Positions 48,742 through 58,027 are shown, counted from the first letter of the stretch. The stretch is DNA of 64,000 nucleotides from Patescibacteria group bacterium (GCA_018823045.1 JAHJIX010000024.1:2677-66676), one strand, 5' to 3'. The notes: generated by a model not told the origin, from the letters alone. Numbers and translations are program-made.

Positions 48742-51576
48742 ATGACAGAAAAACAGATTCAGATTACTGGCGCGCGGGTTCATAACCTCAAAGATGTATC
48801 ACTCTCAATTCCAAAAAACAAATTTATTGTTATTACCGGTCTATCAGGATCTGGAAAATCAAGTCTTGCCTTTGACACCATTTATGCAGAAGGGCAACGT
48901 CGTTATGCAGAAAGTTTATCAGCATACGCCCGTCAATTCATGGACATTCAAGACAAACCTGATGTTGATGAAATTAAAGGACTCTCCCCAACAATTGCCA
49001 TTGACCAAAAAAATGTTTCACAAAATCCACGGTCAACGGTGGGAACTGTTACGGAAATATATGATTATCTTCGTTTGCTTTTTGCACGCTTAGGAACACA
49101 ATTTGACCCAGAAAGTAATACTCCCGTCAAACAATACAGCAGTGGAGAAATCATTGAAATTGCAAAAAGATTTCTTGACAATGCAGAAGAAATGACCATT
49201 TTGGCACCACTGAGCATCCAAAAATCGGTCAAACCAAAAGGCATCATTGCAAATATTGAACAATCTGGTTACGAACGAGTGCGTATTAATGGTGTGACCA
49301 TGTCACTCAAAGACATTAAAAAACAACGCTTTGACAAAGATAAAACATACGAAATCGATGTCGTCATTGGTACACTTGATCAGGGCAGAAAACTAAACCT
49401 CTCTCTTATGATTGATAAAGCCCTTGATCTTTCAAATGGCTTTGTTACATTACTCAATGAGGATAATGGTGATGAAATTCTCTACTCGACTCTTCCCTAC
49501 TCTGAAGAGACCAGTACTATCTTTCAACAAATTGAATCACGAAGCTTTAGTTTTAATAGCCCGTATGGGGCATGTACACGCTGTACAGGGCTTGGATATA
49601 CCTTAGATGTTGTACCAGAGCTTGTTATTCCTAATCCTCGTCTAACACTTGCTGAAGGGGCAATACAACCATGGACCCGTATTGTCGGAAACCAAAGTCA
49701 ATATAAAAAATTATTACGCGCAGTAGCAAAAAAACATAAATTTTCTGTTGACATTCCCGTACAGGAATTACCACAAAATGCTATGGACATCATTTATTAC
49801 GGTACAGGAGAAGAAGTCTATGCTATTGATGAAAAGAAACTTCCATTTGAAGGAGTCGTTCCTAATTTAGTAAACCGACACGCAACGACTGACTCTGAAT
49901 ATGTTCGCAAAGAAATTGAACAATACATGCGAGAAAAAATCTGTCCCACTTGTGAAGGAAAACGCTTGAAAAAAGAATCACTCTTTGTACGAATTGGTGA
50001 ATACAGTATTGCCGACATGGTCAGTATGAGTATTGCAGAAGCCTGTGAGTTTTTTGCTATTGATAAACAAGGAAAACATGCACTTTCTGCATATATTCCA
50101 ACAAAAGAACAAAAAATTGCTGACCCCATTATTCATGAGATTCATTCACGACTATACAATCTACATTCAGTGGGCCTCCCCTACTTAACGCTTGATCGTT
50201 CAGTAACAACACTCTCTGGTGGGGAGGCACAACGTATTCGTCTTTCAACACAATTATCTACCGGACTCACTGATGTGATCTACATTTTAGATGAACCATC
50301 TATTGGCCTCCATTCAAAAGATAATAAAAAACTGATTGAAACCCTCAAACACCTTCGTGATATTGGTAACACCGTTATCGTTGTTGAGCATGATACAGAA
50401 ACAATGCTTGCTGCAGATTTAGTGATTGATGTCGGGCCTGGTGCCGGATCAAAAGGTGGAAAGATTATTGCAACAGGTACCCCTGAAGAAATTCAAAAAA
50501 ATACAAAATCAATTACAGGACAATACCTCGCCGGGAAAAAACAAATTGAACTGCCAAAAAAATATAGAAAAGGAAATGGACAACATATTGAAATTATTGG
50601 AGCAACCGGAAACAACTTACAAAATGTACAAGTGAAGTTTCCACTCGGAACCTTTATTTCAGTCACCGGTGTATCTGGATCAGGAAAATCAACACTGATT
50701 ATTGATACGCTCGCAAAAGCACTGGCAAAGAAATTTTATCGAGCAAAATCTGAACCAGCCACACACAAAGAAATTAAAGGACTTGAACATATTGATAAAG
50801 TGATTTCTATTAATCAAGCACCAATTGGCCGAACACCACGAAGTAATCCTGCAACATACACAGGACTCTTCACTCTTATTCGTGATCTATTTGCTAAACA
50901 ACCTGAGGCAAAAATGCGTGGATATGATTCAGGAATGTTTAGCTTTAATGTAAAAGGTGGTGGGCGATGTGAAGCCTGTTCAGGTGAAGGATACCGTCGC
51001 ATTCCTATGCAATTCTTACCAGATGTCTTTGTTGAATGTAGCGAGTGTGAAGGAAGACGCTACAACAAAGATGCACGAGAAATACATTATCGTGGATATG
51101 ACATTGCAGACATCCTTGATATGACGGTTGATGAAGGATTTAAATTTTTCAATGATATTCCAAATATTTCAGAAAAACTACGCCTTCTTCGTGAAGTTGG
51201 GTTAGGCTATGTTCATCTCGGACAATCTGCAACAACGCTTTCTGGTGGTGAAGCCCAACGAATTAAACTGGCAACTGAGCTCTCTCGCCGTTCAACTGGT
51301 AAAACACTCTATATTTTAGACGAACCAACAACAGGTCTTCATTTTGAAGATATTACTCGTCTACTTCATGTCTTACAAAAATTAGTTGATAAAGGGAACA
51401 CTATTTTGACCATTGAACATAATTTAGATATTATTAAAAATGCTGATTGGATTATTGATCTTGGGCCAGAAGGCGGTTCAAAAGGTGGAAAAATTGTTGC
51501 AGAAGGAACACCTCTTGAGATTATCAAAGTAAAGAGCAGCCCAACAGCAATATTTTTAAAAGAAATGATGAAATAA
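48742..51576 (+). CDS. uvrA: excinuclease ABC subunit A
   Basis: MTEKQIQITGARVHNLKDVSLSIPKNKFIVITGLSGSGKSSLAFDTIYAEGQRRY. Two ABC modules (GVSGSGKSTL) and zinc fingers CxxC are present. The length is 944 aa. Confidence 0.92.
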   Translation: MTEKQIQITGARVHNLKDVSLSIPKNKFIVITGLSGSGKSSLAFDTIYAEGQRRYAESLSAYARQFMDIQDKPDVDEIKGLSPTIAIDQKNVSQNPRSTVGTVTEIYDYLRLLFARLGTQFDPESNTPVKQYSSGEIIEIAKRFLDNAEEMTILAPLSIQKSVKPKGIIANIEQSGYERVRINGVTMSLKDIKKQRFDKDKTYEIDVVIGTLDQGRKLNLSLMIDKALDLSNGFVTLLNEDNGDEILYSTLPYSEETSTIFQQIESRSFSFNSPYGACTRCTGLGYTLDVVPELVIPNPRLTLAEGAIQPWTRIVGNQSQYKKLLRAVAKKHKFSVDIPVQELPQNAMDIIYYGTGEEVYAIDEKKLPFEGVVPNLVNRHATTDSEYVRKEIEQYMREKICPTCEGKRLKKESLFVRIGEYSIADMVSMSIAEACEFFAIDKQGKHALSAYIPTKEQKIADPIIHEIHSRLYNLHSVGLPYLTLDRSVTTLSGGEAQRIRLSTQLSTGLTDVIYILDEPSIGLHSKDNKKLIETLKHLRDIGNTVIVVEHDTETMLAADLVIDVGPGAGSKGGKIIATGTPEEIQKNTKSITGQYLAGKKQIELPKKYRKGNGQHIEIIGATGNNLQNVQVKFPLGTFISVTGVSGSGKSTLIIDTLAKALAKKFYRAKSEPATHKEIKGLEHIDKVISINQAPIGRTPRSNPATYTGLFTLIRDLFAKQPEAKMRGYDSGMFSFNVKGGGRCEACSGEGYRRIPMQFLPDVFVECSECEGRRYNKDAREIHYRGYDIADILDMTVDEGFKFFNDIPNISEKLRLLREVGLGYVHLGQSATTLSGGEAQRIKLATELSRRSTGKTLYILDEPTTGLHFEDITRLLHVLQKLVDKGNTILTIEHNLDIIKNADWIIDLGPEGGSKGGKIVAEGTPLEIIKVKSSPTAIFLKEMMK

Positions 51577-51590
51577 TATTTCTTAACACA

Positions 51591-51625
51591 AAAAAATCCT
51601 CAGAAATTATTCTGAGGATTTTTAT
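51591..51625. terminator. bidirectional terminator between uvrA and rplS
   Basis: aaaaatcctcagaa-attat-tctgaggattttt. Confidence 0.65.
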
Positions 51626-51639
51626 TATAGGTATATATA

Positions 51640-52035
51640 TTACGCAGTTGTTTTTTCTTCAGTCTTTTCTTCTTTTGTCACTTCAACAGGTGCTTCTTCT
51701 ACAACTTTATTTGTTTTTTTGATTTCTTTTAATTTATTTTTATGTGATCTGAGATAATATGCACAAGCACGATTGACCTTCATTTGACGAAGTACCTCAA
51801 TTTTTGTCACAAGAGGAGAGTATATAGGAAATATTCTTTCTACACCAATACCATTTGATACTTTTCGAACGGTAAATGTTGCTCCTGATTCATTCCCATG
51901 CTTTACAACAAGGATAATTCCTTCAAATACTTGAACACGTTCTTTTTCTTCACCTTTTTTATTAATATCTTTAATTTTAAGGTGAACACGAACGATCATT
52001 CCTGGTTTCAAGTTAGAGCGGATATCTTTTTCCAT
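51640..52035 (-). CDS. rplS: 50S ribosomal protein L19 (with K/E-rich C-terminal extension)
   Basis: GMIVRVHLKIKDINKKGEEKERVQVFEGIILVVKHGNESGATFTVRKVSNGIGVERIFPIYSPLV matches L19. Confidence 0.85.
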   Translation of the reverse strand: MEKDIRSNLKPGMIVRVHLKIKDINKKGEEKERVQVFEGIILVVKHGNESGATFTVRKVSNGIGVERIFPIYSPLVTKIEVLRQMKVNRACAYYLRSHKNKLKEIKKTNKVVEEAPVEVTKEEKTEEKTTA

Positions 52036-52142
52036 ACATGTATAAATTTGGAGAGGTTAAATAGTCATTCCATCCCATATGGACCTACCCAACATCACGA
52101 TAATGATTAATGCAACCACTGTACACTATTTATATTTTTTTG

Positions 52143-52727
52143 TCAAGAGGATAACACACCTGTTTTTTCTTCTAAAAATTGAACAATTTGATTAATAGTT
52201 TCCTCTAATTCTCCTTCTTTATTCACTACAGGAAAATCATAGATTCCAGATGCTGCTACTTCTTGTTTAGCAATGACTAAACGTTCAGCAATCGAATCAG
52301 CAGTAGTCCCCCCACGTTTTTGGATTCGTTGCTTAAGAATTTCAAAATCTTCTGGAACAAGAAATATTGCAATATGAGGAACTTTCTGCTCATCTAAATG
52401 CTTTTTTCCATTCACTTCTGCTTGAGAAAATACCAACTCATATTCCTCTTGAGCCGTTTTCAAATGCACCCATTGTGTCCCATACAAGTTACCATCATAA
52501 TCATTATACTCCACAAATTCATCATGAACTAATTTTTCACGAAAAAGCTCTTTCGAAATAAAATGGTAATCAATACCATCTTTTTCACCAGGACGCTTAT
52601 GACGTGTGGTCGTTGTCACCAATTGCGTACTATTGTTAAAACGATTTAATAAGGCACGAATAGTTGCATTCTTTCCTCCACCTGACGGTGCTGAAACGAG
52701 CACCAATGTTCCTTGTTTCTTTTCCAT
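52143..52727 (-). CDS. gmk: guanylate kinase
   Basis: The P-loop is LVLVSAPSGGGKNAT. VTTTTRHKRPGEKDGIDYHF and YGTQ match Gmk. It ends with TGA. Confidence 0.8.
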   Translation of the reverse strand: MEKKQGTLVLVSAPSGGGKNATIRALLNRFNNSTQLVTTTTRHKRPGEKDGIDYHFISKELFREKLVHDEFVEYNDYDGNLYGTQWVHLKTAQEEYELVFSQAEVNGKKHLDEQKVPHIAIFLVPEDFEILKQRIQKRGGTTADSIAERLVIAKQEVAASGIYDFPVVNKEGELEETINQIVQFLEEKTGVLSS

Positions 52728-52730
52728 AAT

Positions 52731-53708
52731 TTATGCCGTTAATGTTTCTACATAATCAGAAATACTTTTATCTAAATCCACCTGAATATGCACAATCTCC
52801 CCAAACAAATCTGTAAATAATAATTCACACGCTTGTAAACACATACGTGGTGCATGATCTTTTCGTTTCATTTGTTGTTGCATATACAAGGAATCCCCAA
52901 CGACAGGATGATTATATGCAAAAAAATGAACGCGAATTTGATGTGTCCTCCCTGTATGAATTTGAACTTTTACTAAAGTATAATGATGAAACCTCTTTTG
53001 TACCCAAAACTCCGTTAATGCTTTTTTTCCTTTTTGAATTTTACGCACATCAGACAAGCGCTCTACTTGTAAATTTGGACGAGAAACCATTTTTCCACTC
53101 ACACCACGATTAATTAAAAAATCGATAATATCGTGTTCTTTTTCTACCTGCCCATGCACTAAAGCGTAATAATATTTTTTTACTTCTCGTTTTGCAAATT
53201 GTTCTTTTAATGAGTCAAACATGGCTTGCGTTTTAGCAATAACCATGACCCCTGTTGTCTCTCTATCTAGACGATGCACAATACCCGGACGCATAGCATC
53301 TTCACCAACAGTCGCAACCTCTGGATACTGTTGTACTGCCCAATCAACCAATGTCACTTTTTGCATTTCATTTGACGGATGCACGAGCAATCCATATGGT
53401 TTATGAACCACAACGTAATCAGCGGTATCAGCAAGAATCTTAATATCACCATATATTGATGTATCTTCTCTCTTCTCAATCATCTCTTCTGGCTCTGGCG
53501 GTAAAGGATGAACGGTTAGCTTCATTCCTTCTTTTAACATAACACCACCTTTTGTTAAGATCTTATTTGTTTCATCTTCTACGCAATCAGCCTTAATAAG
53601 CCGCAACACTGCTGTTCGACTTGTTTCTGTCACTTCTGCTAAAAATGTATCCAGGCGCTTTCCTGCATGATCAGCATCTACCGTGTATGTTGTTTTTAAT
53701 TTATTCAT
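52731..53708 (-). CDS. rluD: RluA-family 23S rRNA pseudouridine synthase (RluD-like) with N-terminal S4 domain
   Basis: The S4 block is RLDTFLAE. The catalytic motif is HRLDRETTGVMVIAK. The ORF track start at 53744 would overlap the tRNA found at 53712..53784. The ATG at 53708 (MNKLKTTY) is used instead. Confidence 0.7.
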   Translation of the reverse strand: MNKLKTTYTVDADHAGKRLDTFLAEVTETSRTAVLRLIKADCVEDETNKILTKGGVMLKEGMKLTVHPLPPEPEEMIEKREDTSIYGDIKILADTADYVVVHKPYGLLVHPSNEMQKVTLVDWAVQQYPEVATVGEDAMRPGIVHRLDRETTGVMVIAKTQAMFDSLKEQFAKREVKKYYYALVHGQVEKEHDIIDFLINRGVSGKMVSRPNLQVERLSDVRKIQKGKKALTEFWVQKRFHHYTLVKVQIHTGRTHQIRVHFFAYNHPVVGDSLYMQQQMKRKDHAPRMCLQACELLFTDLFGEIVHIQVDLDKSISDYVETLTA

Positions 53709-53711
53709 ATG

Positions 53712-53784
53712 TGCGCCTAGATGGTCTTGAACCATCGACCCCAACGTTATAAGCGTTGTGCTCTAACCCCTGAGCTATAGGCGC
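53712..53784 (-). tRNA. tRNA with anticodon UAU (presumably tRNA-Ile decoding AUA); CCA not encoded
   Basis: The reverse complement reads GCGCCTATAGCTCAGGGGTTAGAGCACAACGCTTATAACGTTGGGGTCGATGGTTCAAGACCATCTAGGCGCA. Acceptor stem is GCGCCTA/TAGGCGC. D stem is GCTC/GAGC. Anticodon stem is CAACG/CGTTG with loop CTTATAA, giving anticodon TAT. T stem is GATGG/CCATC with loop TTCAAGA. Confidence 0.7.
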
Positions 53785-53907
53785 GTAATTATATACTCCT
53801 GCTTGCCCGCCGAAACTTTAGCATAGGCAGAAGCTATGGGCGCTTATGAAGCAATACATATATTTATAACATAGCTACTATAGCAAAATTACTCTGATTT
53901 TTCAAGT

Positions 53908-54285
53908 CTATAGAAGGGTATAAAAAAAATATCTATATATAAAGAATAAGATAAGTACATATACACAATAACGGACATTTTTAGGCGTACAGCCTTCTCC
54001 TTCAAACACATGCCCTAAATGAGCACCACAATTACTACATATACTTTCAACTCGAACTCCATCAACATCTAGTACACGAGTTATTGCTCCAGAAATTGCA
54101 TCATCAAAACTTGGTCAACCACAATGTGCATCAAATTTATTTTGAGATTGAAACAACGGAATAGCACAACATTTACACGTATACACACCATGTTCATTAT
54201 GTTCAACATATTTTCCTGAAAATGGTTTTTCTATTTGTTTATGAAGAATTATTTTTTCTTCTTCTGCTGTTAATAATTGATGCAT
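53908..54285 (-). pseudogene. msrB: peptide-methionine (R)-S-oxide reductase MsrB with in-frame TGA at the invariant Trp codon; a pseudogene, or a recoding or sequencing-error candidate
   Basis: Hand translation gives MHQLLTAEEEKIILHKQIEKPFSGKYVEHNEHGVYTCKCCAIPLFQSQNKFDAHCG-[TGA 54115-54117][51 protein letters not shown]... This matches the MsrB signature GCGWPSF...CxxCxxHLGHVF...RYC. It is absent from the ORF track because of the internal stop. The C-terminal 20 aa are atypical. Confidence 0.6.
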
Positions 54286-54604
54286 ATATTTTTATTACCA
54301 ATAACACATGTATTGTATGCAAACTATTTTTATTCGTCAAAAAATAAGAATGTACATTTAAGCGTACATATGAATTTTTCCAAAAGTTATGCACAGTTTT
54401 TTCTAAAAAAAATATGAAAAAAAACAAAAAAGAATTATACTATACACATATAGGTCGATTACATTTTTTGTATATACTTTTTTACATCGATGCTTGTCAT
54501 GTAAAAATATTTTTCATTATATTCGTTGTTCATTTGGTGTATACCATGGTGATATCAAAGACAATAATATATAATTATCTCACTCTGAAAGGAGGTGCCT
54601 AATT

Positions 54605-54820
54605 ATGCCTGCTAAGAAAAAACCTGCAGCTAAAAAGAAAGTTGCTGCTAAAAAACCTGCAGCTAAAAAACCTGCAGCTAAAAAACCTGCAGCTAAAAAG
54701 AAAGTTGCTGCTAAAAAACCTGCAGCTAAAAAGAAAGTTGCTAAGAAAAAACCTGCAGCTAAAAAGAAAGTTGCTAAGAAAAAACCTGCAGCTAAAAAGA
54801 AAGTTGCTAAGAAAAAATAG
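54605..54820 (+). CDS. histone H1-like Lys/Ala-rich basic protein (KKPAAKK repeats)
   Basis: A perfect SD (gaaaggaggtgcctaattATG) precedes the start. The 71-aa product is MPAKKKPAAKKKVAAKKPAAKK... The DNA carries a ~33-bp tandem repeat. The antisense ORF 54599..54838 is a repeat artefact. Confidence 0.65.
   Translation: MPAKKKPAAKKKVAAKKPAAKKPAAKKPAAKKKVAAKKPAAKKKVAKKKPAAKKKVAKKKPAAKKKVAKKK
54620..54817. repeat. tandem direct repeats (aaacctgcagctaaaaagaaagttgctaagaaa, about five units) inside the H1-like gene
   Basis: The repeats are visible directly in the sequence at 54620-54817. Confidence 0.7.
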
Positions 54821-54888
54821 TTTAATACAGTTGCACACAGAAAAATCCAGAGAAATACTCTGGGTTTTTTCTTTCTATATTTTTTCTG

Positions 54889-56136
54889 TCAATCTTTTTT
54901 ACCTTTACATACTGTTACTACCCCAAATTCTCCATCATACCCTGGACGGATATACACATTTCCCTCTCGCATGCGTTTAATCGCTCGTGCAATATCTTTT
55001 CCTGACACTTTTTTTATATCTGTGAGTGGTGCATCGAGTAAAATATGAAATTCAGTTCCTAATGCTTGTGTTAGTTCATCATAAGCACAAGAAACTTTTT
55101 TTGTACCCACTCCACAATCAAATACATTTGCTAAAATTTCTGTCAGTGGAATAATATTTTTAAATGGAACTTTTTCTTTTTGTGCATACTCCTCTCCTTC
55201 TTTTTTTGTTCTGTCAGCGAGTTCATGGACACGATTTTCTACCCCAATAATTAATGGCTTGTTGCAACGCGGACATGTATTATCTAATCTTTTACTTTCT
55301 TTAGGAGAACAAAAGAACTGACAATCCCTATGCCCATCTGCATGATACTTTCCTTCTTCTGGATAAAACTCAATCGTATGTAAAAACTTTTCTTTATCTT
55401 CTTCACGCAAAATGCGCATGATTTCATCATACGTCACATCTGCATCGTTTTCAAACTGCATCACATTTGCTTCTCGCCCAAGTTTTGCTGGGCTATGTGC
55501 ATCTGAATTTGAGATAAGTGTAATATTATTTAAATGACTCCATTGCCAATTCATAAGTGGATCACTGGAGAGCCCTGTTTCAATTGCAAAAATATGTGGT
55601 GCCAGCTCATCAAAAGCTTCCTCAAGTGAATCATAGCCTCCTTTTGATCCAAAAATACCAAACCATGGCGTCCAAGCGTGCGCTGGAATCATCACCATAC
55701 GTGGGTCAACATTAAGCATCACTTGTAAAATATCTTTTGATGTCATTCCAAGAATTGGGCGCCCATCTGATTTTAGATTAAATCCTCCATCCGCTAATCG
55801 TTTATTAAATTGTTCAGCTACCTCAAGAGTTGGTGCATATAAACATAAATGCACGCGCCGTGTTTTTTCTTTATGTTTTTTAATACTCGCAACTTCTGTT
55901 CCAATAATAAATTTCGTTTTGCTCTCTCCACTTTTTAATTTGTACATTCCTGGCGTATCTTCTACCAAACATTCTTTCATATGCGCAAACCATGCAGGAT
56001 GCGTAAAGTCTCCAGTGGCGACAATATCAATACCACGAATCTCACACACACGTGCAATCTCTGGTAATTCCAAATGCTTTGAGCATGCACGAGAGTACTT
56101 TGAATGAATATGTAAATCTAAAATTTGTTTGATCAT
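54889..56136 (-). CDS. PHP-domain (polymerase/histidinol-phosphatase-like) phosphoesterase
   Basis: MIKQILDLHIHSKYS is the PHP motif I, with further His-rich motifs (PAHAWTPWFG, NSDAHSPAKLG). The ORF track start at 56196 reaches into the palindromic repeat; the ATG at 56136 is preferred. Confidence 0.6.
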   Translation of the reverse strand: MIKQILDLHIHSKYSRACSKHLELPEIARVCEIRGIDIVATGDFTHPAWFAHMKECLVEDTPGMYKLKSGESKTKFIIGTEVASIKKHKEKTRRVHLCLYAPTLEVAEQFNKRLADGGFNLKSDGRPILGMTSKDILQVMLNVDPRMVMIPAHAWTPWFGIFGSKGGYDSLEEAFDELAPHIFAIETGLSSDPLMNWQWSHLNNITLISNSDAHSPAKLGREANVMQFENDADVTYDEIMRILREEDKEKFLHTIEFYPEEGKYHADGHRDCQFFCSPKESKRLDNTCPRCNKPLIIGVENRVHELADRTKKEGEEYAQKEKVPFKNIIPLTEILANVFDCGVGTKKVSCAYDELTQALGTEFHILLDAPLTDIKKVSGKDIARAIKRMREGNVYIRPGYDGEFGVVTVCKGKKD

Positions 56137-56160
56137 AAAAAATATACAGCCAATCAAATA

Positions 56161-56282
56161 CATCATTGCGAGCTGCCAATCGGGACAGCGCGGCAATCCC
56201 TTCGTTCAAAACGATAAATGATTGATTCAAGTATATAAACAAAGGGATTGCCGCGCTGTGCTATCGCCAGCTCGCAATGACG
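56161..56282. repeat. GC-rich palindromic intergenic element, intact copy (copy B): ~40-bp imperfect inverted arms around a ~42-nt AT-rich loop
   Basis: catcattgcgagctgccaatcgggacagcgcggcaatccctt...aagggattgccgcgctgtgctatcgccagctcgcaatgacg. It is related to copy A at 30953..31046. Confidence 0.6.
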
Positions 56283-56303
56283 TTATAAAAATAAAAAATT
56301 AAT

Positions 56304-57083
56304 TTATTTTCCAACATATTCAATATGATCTTGTGACATCCGACGAATTCCCACATCATTTGTTTGCTCTTCATATACTTGCCCCACAAGCCCTGGCATG
56401 CGTGCAATAATAAAAAGTCCTTTCATCATTGCGCTATCAAATCCCATATCAGACAAAATCGCAGCCATAGATCCATCAATATTTAAAGCAAGTGGTTTTG
56501 AACTTATTGCATTCAGCGCTGTATGCACATCTTTGGCAACACGACAATGTACTCCAGTAATTCCCAACTCTTCTGCTTTTACAAAAAGAACATCACTGCG
56601 TTCATCATGACTTAAAAATGGATGGCCAAATCCTGGAATACGTACTTTTTTTGCTTTTAAGTCTGCAACAATGCCTGCAATATTTTCTTCATCTTTATGA
56701 TCAACAAAAAATTGAGCAGCTCCTTCAATAGCACTTCCATGACGCTCACCCATGGCAAGAATACCTGCTGCAAGGGCTGTATGCATACTGTTTTTAGCGC
56801 TCGCAACAATGCGAGCAGTTTGTGCAGAAGCAGTGCCTGGTCCATGGTCAATTGCAGCAACAAACAACGCATTCATCATCTCTTTATGTGCTGAACTTGG
56901 TAATTCTCCACGAAGAAGTAAATAAATAACTTCTACAAATGATTTATCTTGAATTAAAGAAGAAAGTGCCTCCCCACGGATATATTCTTTATTTTCTTTT
57001 ATATCTGTAATTGCTGTTTTTATCTTCATATATAATCGCTTTAATAGTTTTTTAAGTGTACCAAGCTTTGGGGGAATATACAA
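56304..57083 (-). CDS. citrate-synthase-family small protein (citryl-CoA lyase / ACL C-terminal-like)
   Basis: AAIDHGPGTASAQTARIVASA...GERHGSAIEGA and VRIPGFGHPFLSHDERSDVL align to the citrate-synthase blocks ADHE.NASTSTVR / GPLHGGA / GFGHRVY. The ~241-259-aa size matches the short CCL-type homologues. The ORF track start at 57083 is TTG, and ATG 57029 is an alternative. Confidence 0.55.
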   Translation of the reverse strand: MYIPPKLGTLKKLLKRLYMKIKTAITDIKENKEYIRGEALSSLIQDKSFVEVIYLLLRGELPSSAHKEMMNALFVAAIDHGPGTASAQTARIVASAKNSMHTALAAGILAMGERHGSAIEGAAQFFVDHKDEENIAGIVADLKAKKVRIPGFGHPFLSHDERSDVLFVKAEELGITGVHCRVAKDVHTALNAISSKPLALNIDGSMAAILSDMGFDSAMMKGLFIIARMPGLVGQVYEEQTNDVGIRRMSQDHIEYVGK

Positions 57084-57135
57084 ATATAGCTAACATAAAG
57101 AAGGCCTAAAAAAGCCTTCTTGAATAGAGTAAAAT

Positions 57136-58026
57136 TTAAACAAAAGGCGTAACTAACTCTACTAACTCATCATAGGTATTAGCAATAAGCGCTCCAACAT
57201 CTTGGAGTGCTTTTTCTTTTTCCTCTGCACTCTGTCCTCTACTCACAATTGCACCAGCGTGCCCAATGTTCATTCCTTCGGGGAGTACATTTGCAAATTT
57301 TCCACCGATGTAAATTGCCAAAGGCTTTGTGAACAATTTTTTATTCATCATCTCGACAATATCAAATTCATAACTACCCCCATGTTCACCAAATATGATC
57401 ACGGCTTTTGTTTGTTCGTCTTTTTCAAATAATGCAAGTAAATCTGCGTATGTTGTCCCCATAAGTAAGTCCCCTCCAACATGCACGGCAGTACTTTGGC
57501 CTAAGCCTGCTTTGCGTACTTGCCAACTGAGTTCATTGGTCATACCACCAGAACGAGAAATGATGCCAACAGACCCTGGAGTAAAGATATCTTCTACTTG
57601 CTGCCCACCGACAACACCAATACGCCCGACACCTGGCGTGATAAACCCAAGAGAGCTTGGTCCAATGAGCTGAATGCCTTTTTCTTTTGCAGCAGCTAAA
57701 AAATACGCCGTATCTTGGATTGGAATACGCTCAATAATTGTATTAATGATTGGAATCCCCGCATCAATAGCTTCCATGATTGCTTGTTTTGCTGCAAATG
57801 GAGGAACATATATAGTGGTAATATCAATCTGCCCTAATGCTTCTTTTGCTTCTGCAACCGTATTAAACACTGGGAGTCCTAATATTTCTTCTCCCCCTTT
57901 ACCAGGACGAACGCCCCCAACAACATTTGTACCATAATCAATCATGGCTTGCGTTGCTTTTTGTCCTTCTTTGCCAGTGATCCCCTGCACGAGGACACGC
58001 ATGTTTTCTTTCAGTAAAATTCCCAT
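57136..58026 (-). CDS. sucD: succinyl-CoA synthetase alpha-subunit homologue (CoA-binding plus catalytic His)
   Basis: VLVQGITGKEGQ, GIISRSGGMTNEL and the phosphohistidine loop NIGHAGAIV. The length is 296 aa. Confidence 0.8.
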   Translation of the reverse strand: MGILLKENMRVLVQGITGKEGQKATQAMIDYGTNVVGGVRPGKGGEEILGLPVFNTVAEAKEALGQIDITTIYVPPFAAKQAIMEAIDAGIPIINTIIERIPIQDTAYFLAAAKEKGIQLIGPSSLGFITPGVGRIGVVGGQQVEDIFTPGSVGIISRSGGMTNELSWQVRKAGLGQSTAVHVGGDLLMGTTYADLLALFEKDEQTKAVIIFGEHGGSYEFDIVEMMNKKLFTKPLAIYIGGKFANVLPEGMNIGHAGAIVSRGQSAEEKEKALQDVGALIANTYDELVELVTPFV

Positions 58027-58027
58027 A

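Noticed and set aside
53786-53850. GC-rich segment containing agctatgggcgct, whose complement GCGCCCATAGCT is 11/12 identical to the 5' end of the adjacent tRNA. A possible tRNA fragment or att-site duplicate.
   Set aside because: It is only 12 nt. It matches the 5' rather than the 3' end of the tRNA, whereas integrases duplicate the 3' end. No integrase is nearby. It is more likely promoter-proximal sequence or chance.
54620-54817. Checked whether the short tandem repeats here and at 38690..38950 could be a CRISPR array
   Set aside because: The repeats are contiguous with no unique spacers and lie in-frame within protein-coding genes. No cas genes are present.
54599-54838. 79-aa minus-strand ORF (FLFSCRFF repeats)
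   Set aside because: It is the antisense reading of the tandem repeat that encodes the KKPAAKK protein. The plus-strand gene has a perfect SD and a biologically sensible product.
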